Positions 60,376-64,000 of a stretch of DNA of 64,000 nucleotides are shown one piece after another. Position numbers and translations under genes: made by a program. The stretch comes from Somniosus microcephalus (taxonomy: Eukaryota). The stretch covers positions 239,568,001 to 239,632,000 of the forward strand of contig CM126207.1 in NCBI GenBank assembly GCA_052327205.1, read 5' to 3'. Within the stretch, counting starts at the first letter, position 1. Every line of letters begins with the position of its first letter. The notes beneath the pieces were generated by a model. It saw only the letters and a program-made list of their open reading frames with translations. It did not search any database and was not told where the DNA came from.

Positions 60376-61518
60376 CTAGAAGTGACATTCAATAAGCCGC
60401 CGACGGGCGGCCCTTGGACCTTGTGCCTCCCTCCTGGGCTGGTACTCCTCGTCCTCCTCCTCCTCATGCTCCTCTTGCTCCTCCTCCTGAGGTGGTGGTC
60501 CAATGTGAGTTGGCAGTGCCTGAGTCCTGCAGATAGCCAGGTTGTGCAGCATGCAGCAAACGATGACGAATTGGGAGACTCGCTCCTGCGAATACTGGAG
60601 GGCTCCCCCAGAGCGATCGAGACAGCGGAACCGTTGCTTGAGGACGCCGATTGTTTGTTCTATGATGTTCCTAGTCGCCTGATGGCTCTCGTTGTATGCC
60701 TCTTCAGCAGGGGTCGTGGGTGCGCGGAGCGGGGTCATGAGCCAGGTACACAAAGGATAGCCTTTGTCTCCGATAAGCCATCCTCTTGGGTGAGGCTGTG
60801 CCTGGAACATGTCAGCCACAGTTGTCTGTTGCAGGATAAAGGCATTGTGGCTGCTGCCTGGAAAGCGGGCATTGACAGCTAGGATGCGCTGCCTGTGGTC
60901 ACACACCAGCTGTACGTTGAGGGAATGGTAGCCCTTCCGGTTGCGGTAATCCTCGGCATGCTCCAGAGGTGCCCGCAAAGCCACATGCGTGCAGTCAATG
61001 GCGCCCTGCACCATGGGGAAGCCCGCTATTCTTGCAAATCCCACTGCACGCTGCTGCTGCTTGTCCAGGGTCATGGGGAAGGAGATGAATTGATGTCTCC
61101 TTCTGAAAAGGGCTTCGGTCACCTGGCGGATGCAGCAATGCACGGCGAACTGGGAGATGTTAGCGATGTCCCCAGCAGCGGATTGGAAGGAGCCGGTGGC
61201 ATAGAAGTTGAGAGCCACCGTCACCTTCACTGCCACCGACAGAGACGTCCTGCGCATCAGCTGTGGCTGCAGATCTCTGTGAAGCAGCTGGCAGATGTCT
61301 GCAACCACCTCCCTTCTGAATCGCAGCCTCCTGACACACATCGCGGCAGACATGGTCAGATAGGACTGCTGGCGGTATACCCTGGGTGGGTAAGGCCTCA
61401 GTTGGCGACGCCTGTTGCCCCCTCTGCATCTAGCCAGGGCTGCCACTCTCTCACGGCGTCTGTAAGCCCTTCTGGCATAAGGCTGAAAGTCAGCGTTGGC
61501 ACCCAATGCAGCCCCCAT
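60376..61518 (-). CDS. HARBI1-like PIF/Harbinger DDE transposase (380 aa)
   Basis: LNFYATGS, GAIDCTHV, YRNRKGYHSLNVQLVCD, FPGSSHNA, LIGDKGY, YNESHQATRNIIEQTIGVLKQRFRCL, CCMLHN; open frame. Confidence 0.95.
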   Translation of the reverse strand: MGAALGANADFQPYARRAYRRRERVAALARCRGGNRRRQLRPYPPRVYRQQSYLTMSAAMCVRRLRFRREVVADICQLLHRDLQPQLMRRTSLSVAVKVTVALNFYATGSFQSAAGDIANISQFAVHCCIRQVTEALFRRRHQFISFPMTLDKQQQRAVGFARIAGFPMVQGAIDCTHVALRAPLEHAEDYRNRKGYHSLNVQLVCDHRQRILAVNARFPGSSHNAFILQQTTVADMFQAQPHPRGWLIGDKGYPLCTWLMTPLRAPTTPAEEAYNESHQATRNIIEQTIGVLKQRFRCLDRSGGALQYSQERVSQFVIVCCMLHNLAICRTQALPTHIGPPPQEEEQEEHEEEEDEEYQPRREAQGPRAARRRLIECHF

Positions 61519-63534
61519 TATATGCTGGCAAACACTGAGCTCTCAATGAAGGCAAAGATAATTGCTAAGCTCTGGCCTGAGCCAAAAATACCTGTCCTAG
61601 TGTTGGTCCAAACCAGTAAGCTCTCCTCCTTGGTCTCTCTCCAAAAAACCGTTGCACAAGAGTGAATGCTGCAAAATGGCTGGCCTTTATAGTGCAGGGT
61701 AAGTGCCCTTTAATTAGCGCTCCCTGCGGCCCGCCTCGGCTGTGTACCGTTCCACTTCACAGTCGTTAGGGCCGCCCGGCGCACAATGGCCCGGCGCGAG
61801 TGAAGTTCCGGTTCGGGGCGCACAAAGGGCGTTGCACGATGAAATGACGTCATGATCTGCGCGCGCAGCAGGGCACGCGCTAAGACTTTGCGCCGGCGCT
61901 AAATGTGTACTGAAGTTGGGGCGAGGCGCAGATCGCGCTGCGCCCGGCCGCTAAGCGCCTAGCGCTCGAGATCTACTCCTCCTAAGGCGCTAACGGCTGG
62001 CGCGCCCAACTGAATTTCTAGGCCTTTATTTCTTGCAGTTAGCTGGTAGTTAAAAGGCAACAATGGAAAATGATCTTCTAAGGGATTGGAAGTGGCACCA
62101 ACACCTGTACATGCTTCAGCCATGCTGCAGATAGTGTCTCACCTGTCTAAACCTTTCACAAGATTAAGTTTACAAAATGTGTCATCCTGCAAGATGGTCT
62201 AAAAGGAACTATTGGGGCTAGAGCCAGAGACTCCCTGCGCTGGGATTTCCCGCTCCTCAGTCTCAGTTGGGATCTGGTATTTGTGTGGAGGACAGTACGA
62301 CCAGCGAGGTGAGGTGTACTGATCCCAAGGGCAGGTGGTAGACCTACCGGCGAGATCCAGGCTAGGCAAGCGGTCTGGAAGAATAGGAATTTAAAAAAAG
62401 AAAAATTTGGACAGGTGGTCGAAGGGAAGCATGGCAGGGTCATGGAGGGCCCAGACAATCTCTGCACCCCAAGGGCAGGTGTTAGAGTTTCCATCAGTCA
62501 TGGACAAATGGGCGCTTAAAATGTACCCAAAGTGGCATTTGTGCCACCTGTCTCATGTAAATGAGTTGCCCCCCCACTGACCCTGCATACTCTGTTGGGG
62601 GTCAGCCCTCGATGGCAGCTGATAGAGGTAGGTGAAGTGACCGTGAATTTATAATTGCAAGCTTCTTATGAAGTTAATGATGCTAAGGCATTGATGAATT
62701 GGATATACTTTTGGTTCTCATCTTGGATGACGATAAATGTTGAGTAAAATTGTTGTCTGCTATGCAGGTTTTTTGTGGTCAGCCAAGTGTCTGATGTGTG
62801 TGGAAATGCCTCATCATTTTTAACAGTTTCCCAACTGAGCTACTGAAAAATGCAGAAATGTGGAGTACGCACTTTCTCTCCACAAGGACATTCCCTACCT
62901 CAATTAGATCACCCCTGAAAAAGTTGCAGCATTGAGTGTAGATGCTTGATGTCAAGATACTCACCAAACCCTTGCATTGCTAGACACATCTGTGAATGTC
63001 ATCTTGAAGAACTACCTCAACCATCCTTCGCCACAAATAAGTTGAATTGGAATGCCTTGTAAAGGATGGTTACAGATAATTTAGATAACCTTGCTTGAGC
63101 TGAGGATTCTTGCACTAACACAGCAACATTTGTGCATTCAGTTGGTTATCTAACCTTTCCTACTCTGGATTGCTATTTCTGTTGCAGTACTATATCAAAC
63201 TCAGTCAAGCATTATTCTTATAAACTTGCAGGGAGTAACTAATGCCCTGAATTTAATAGCCTGTGATACTAGCAGATAAACTCTGAAATTCCCCACTCCA
63301 CTATTTTAGTGGCGATGTTGAGGCATTATTTTAAATGGATTAATGCTTAAGCTCAAATAATGGAGGGAAGAATTTCAGACAGATGCATTGCTGTTTGTGC
63401 AGTACTAGCTCATAGTGTAACGTTAGGACCTCTCATTATCAGATATTCACTGTAACTAAGTTTAACTTCCTCTACTGAGTGTAATAGAACTTCTGCAAGA
63501 ACCTGGGGAAATATTTGTTCTAATTAGAGCTTAT

Positions 63535-64000
63535 AGATACTAAAATCGGCTGTGTGGTTGATACTGAAGAAGGAAGCTGTAGACTGCAGGAAGATATCAA
63601 TAAATTGGTCAGGTGGGCAGACAGTGGCAAATGGAATTCAATCCGGAGAAGTGTGAGGTAATGCATTTGGGGAGGGCCAACAAGGAAAGGGAATACACAT
63701 TAAATGGTAGGACACTGAGTAGTGTAGAGGAACAAAGGGAACTTGGAGTACATGTCCACAGATCCCTGAAGGTAGCAGGCCAGGTAGATAAGGTGGTTAA
63801 GAAGGCATACGGAATGCATAGAATACAAGAGCCAGGGGGATTATGCTTCAACTGTATAAAACACTAGTTAGGCCTCAGCTAGAGTACTGCGTGCAGTTCT
63901 GGTCATCACATTACAGGAAAGATGTGATTGCACGAGAGAGGGTACAGAGGAGATTTACAAGGATGTTGCCGGGAGTAGAGAATCTTAGCTATGAGGAAAG
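63535..64000 (+). mobile_element. 5'-truncated CR1 LINE (runs off the window); same subfamily as 9091-10945
   Basis: gatactaaaatcggctgtgtggttgatactgaagaagg... nearly identical to 9473 onward, without the solo LTR. Confidence 0.93.

Larger units (their letters stand above)
57557..62024. mobile_element. Near-intact autonomous-type PIF/Harbinger DNA transposon (4468 bp)
   Basis: 14-bp perfect TIR ggcctagaaattca / tgaatttctaggcc; 3-bp TSD TTT; two convergent genes. Confidence 0.95.

Noticed and set aside
60376-61518. Domesticated host HARBI1 or NAIF1/MSANTD genes
   Set aside because: Both genes lie between perfect TIRs with a TSD, so they are transposon genes; no gene symbol assigned.
60382-61665. 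Antisense ORFs overlapping the transposase and retroelement pol genes
   Set aside because: Expected shadow frames of GC-rich coding sequence; no independent motifs.
62214-62575. GC-richer patch possibly another old MITE (similar patches at ~13190-13575 and ~32120-32445)
   Set aside because: TIRs and TSDs could not be defined with confidence by eye.

Overview
Eukaryotic, repeat-dense intronic or intergenic DNA with no host protein-coding gene I can support. The CR1 LINE tails, DeuSINE-like pieces and palindromic Penelope-type repeat suggest a cartilaginous fish such as a shark (inference). Contents: (1) four LTR retrotransposons: a decayed Gypsy at 4334-~9090, a young BEL/Pao at 13752-21041, a CsRN1-like Gypsy at 36296-46080, and a Mag-like Gypsy (40806-45965) nested in the 3' LTR of the CsRN1-like element; (2) four solo LTRs with target-site duplications (TSDs); (3) a near-intact two-gene PIF/Harbinger transposon at 57557-62024 (spliced Myb/SANT gene plus HARBI1-like transposase), a decayed relative at 1-2647, and about nine Harbinger-type MITEs; (4) five CR1 fragments, a Tigger-like MITE and a CT-rich minisatellite. 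Most interesting: putative tRNA-independent self-priming PBSs in the BEL/Pao and in one Gypsy element, and a palindrome with two back-to-back hammerhead-ribozyme-like cores, each interrupted at the mirror-equivalent triplet by a different Harbinger MITE. All coordinates and comparisons were read by eye.
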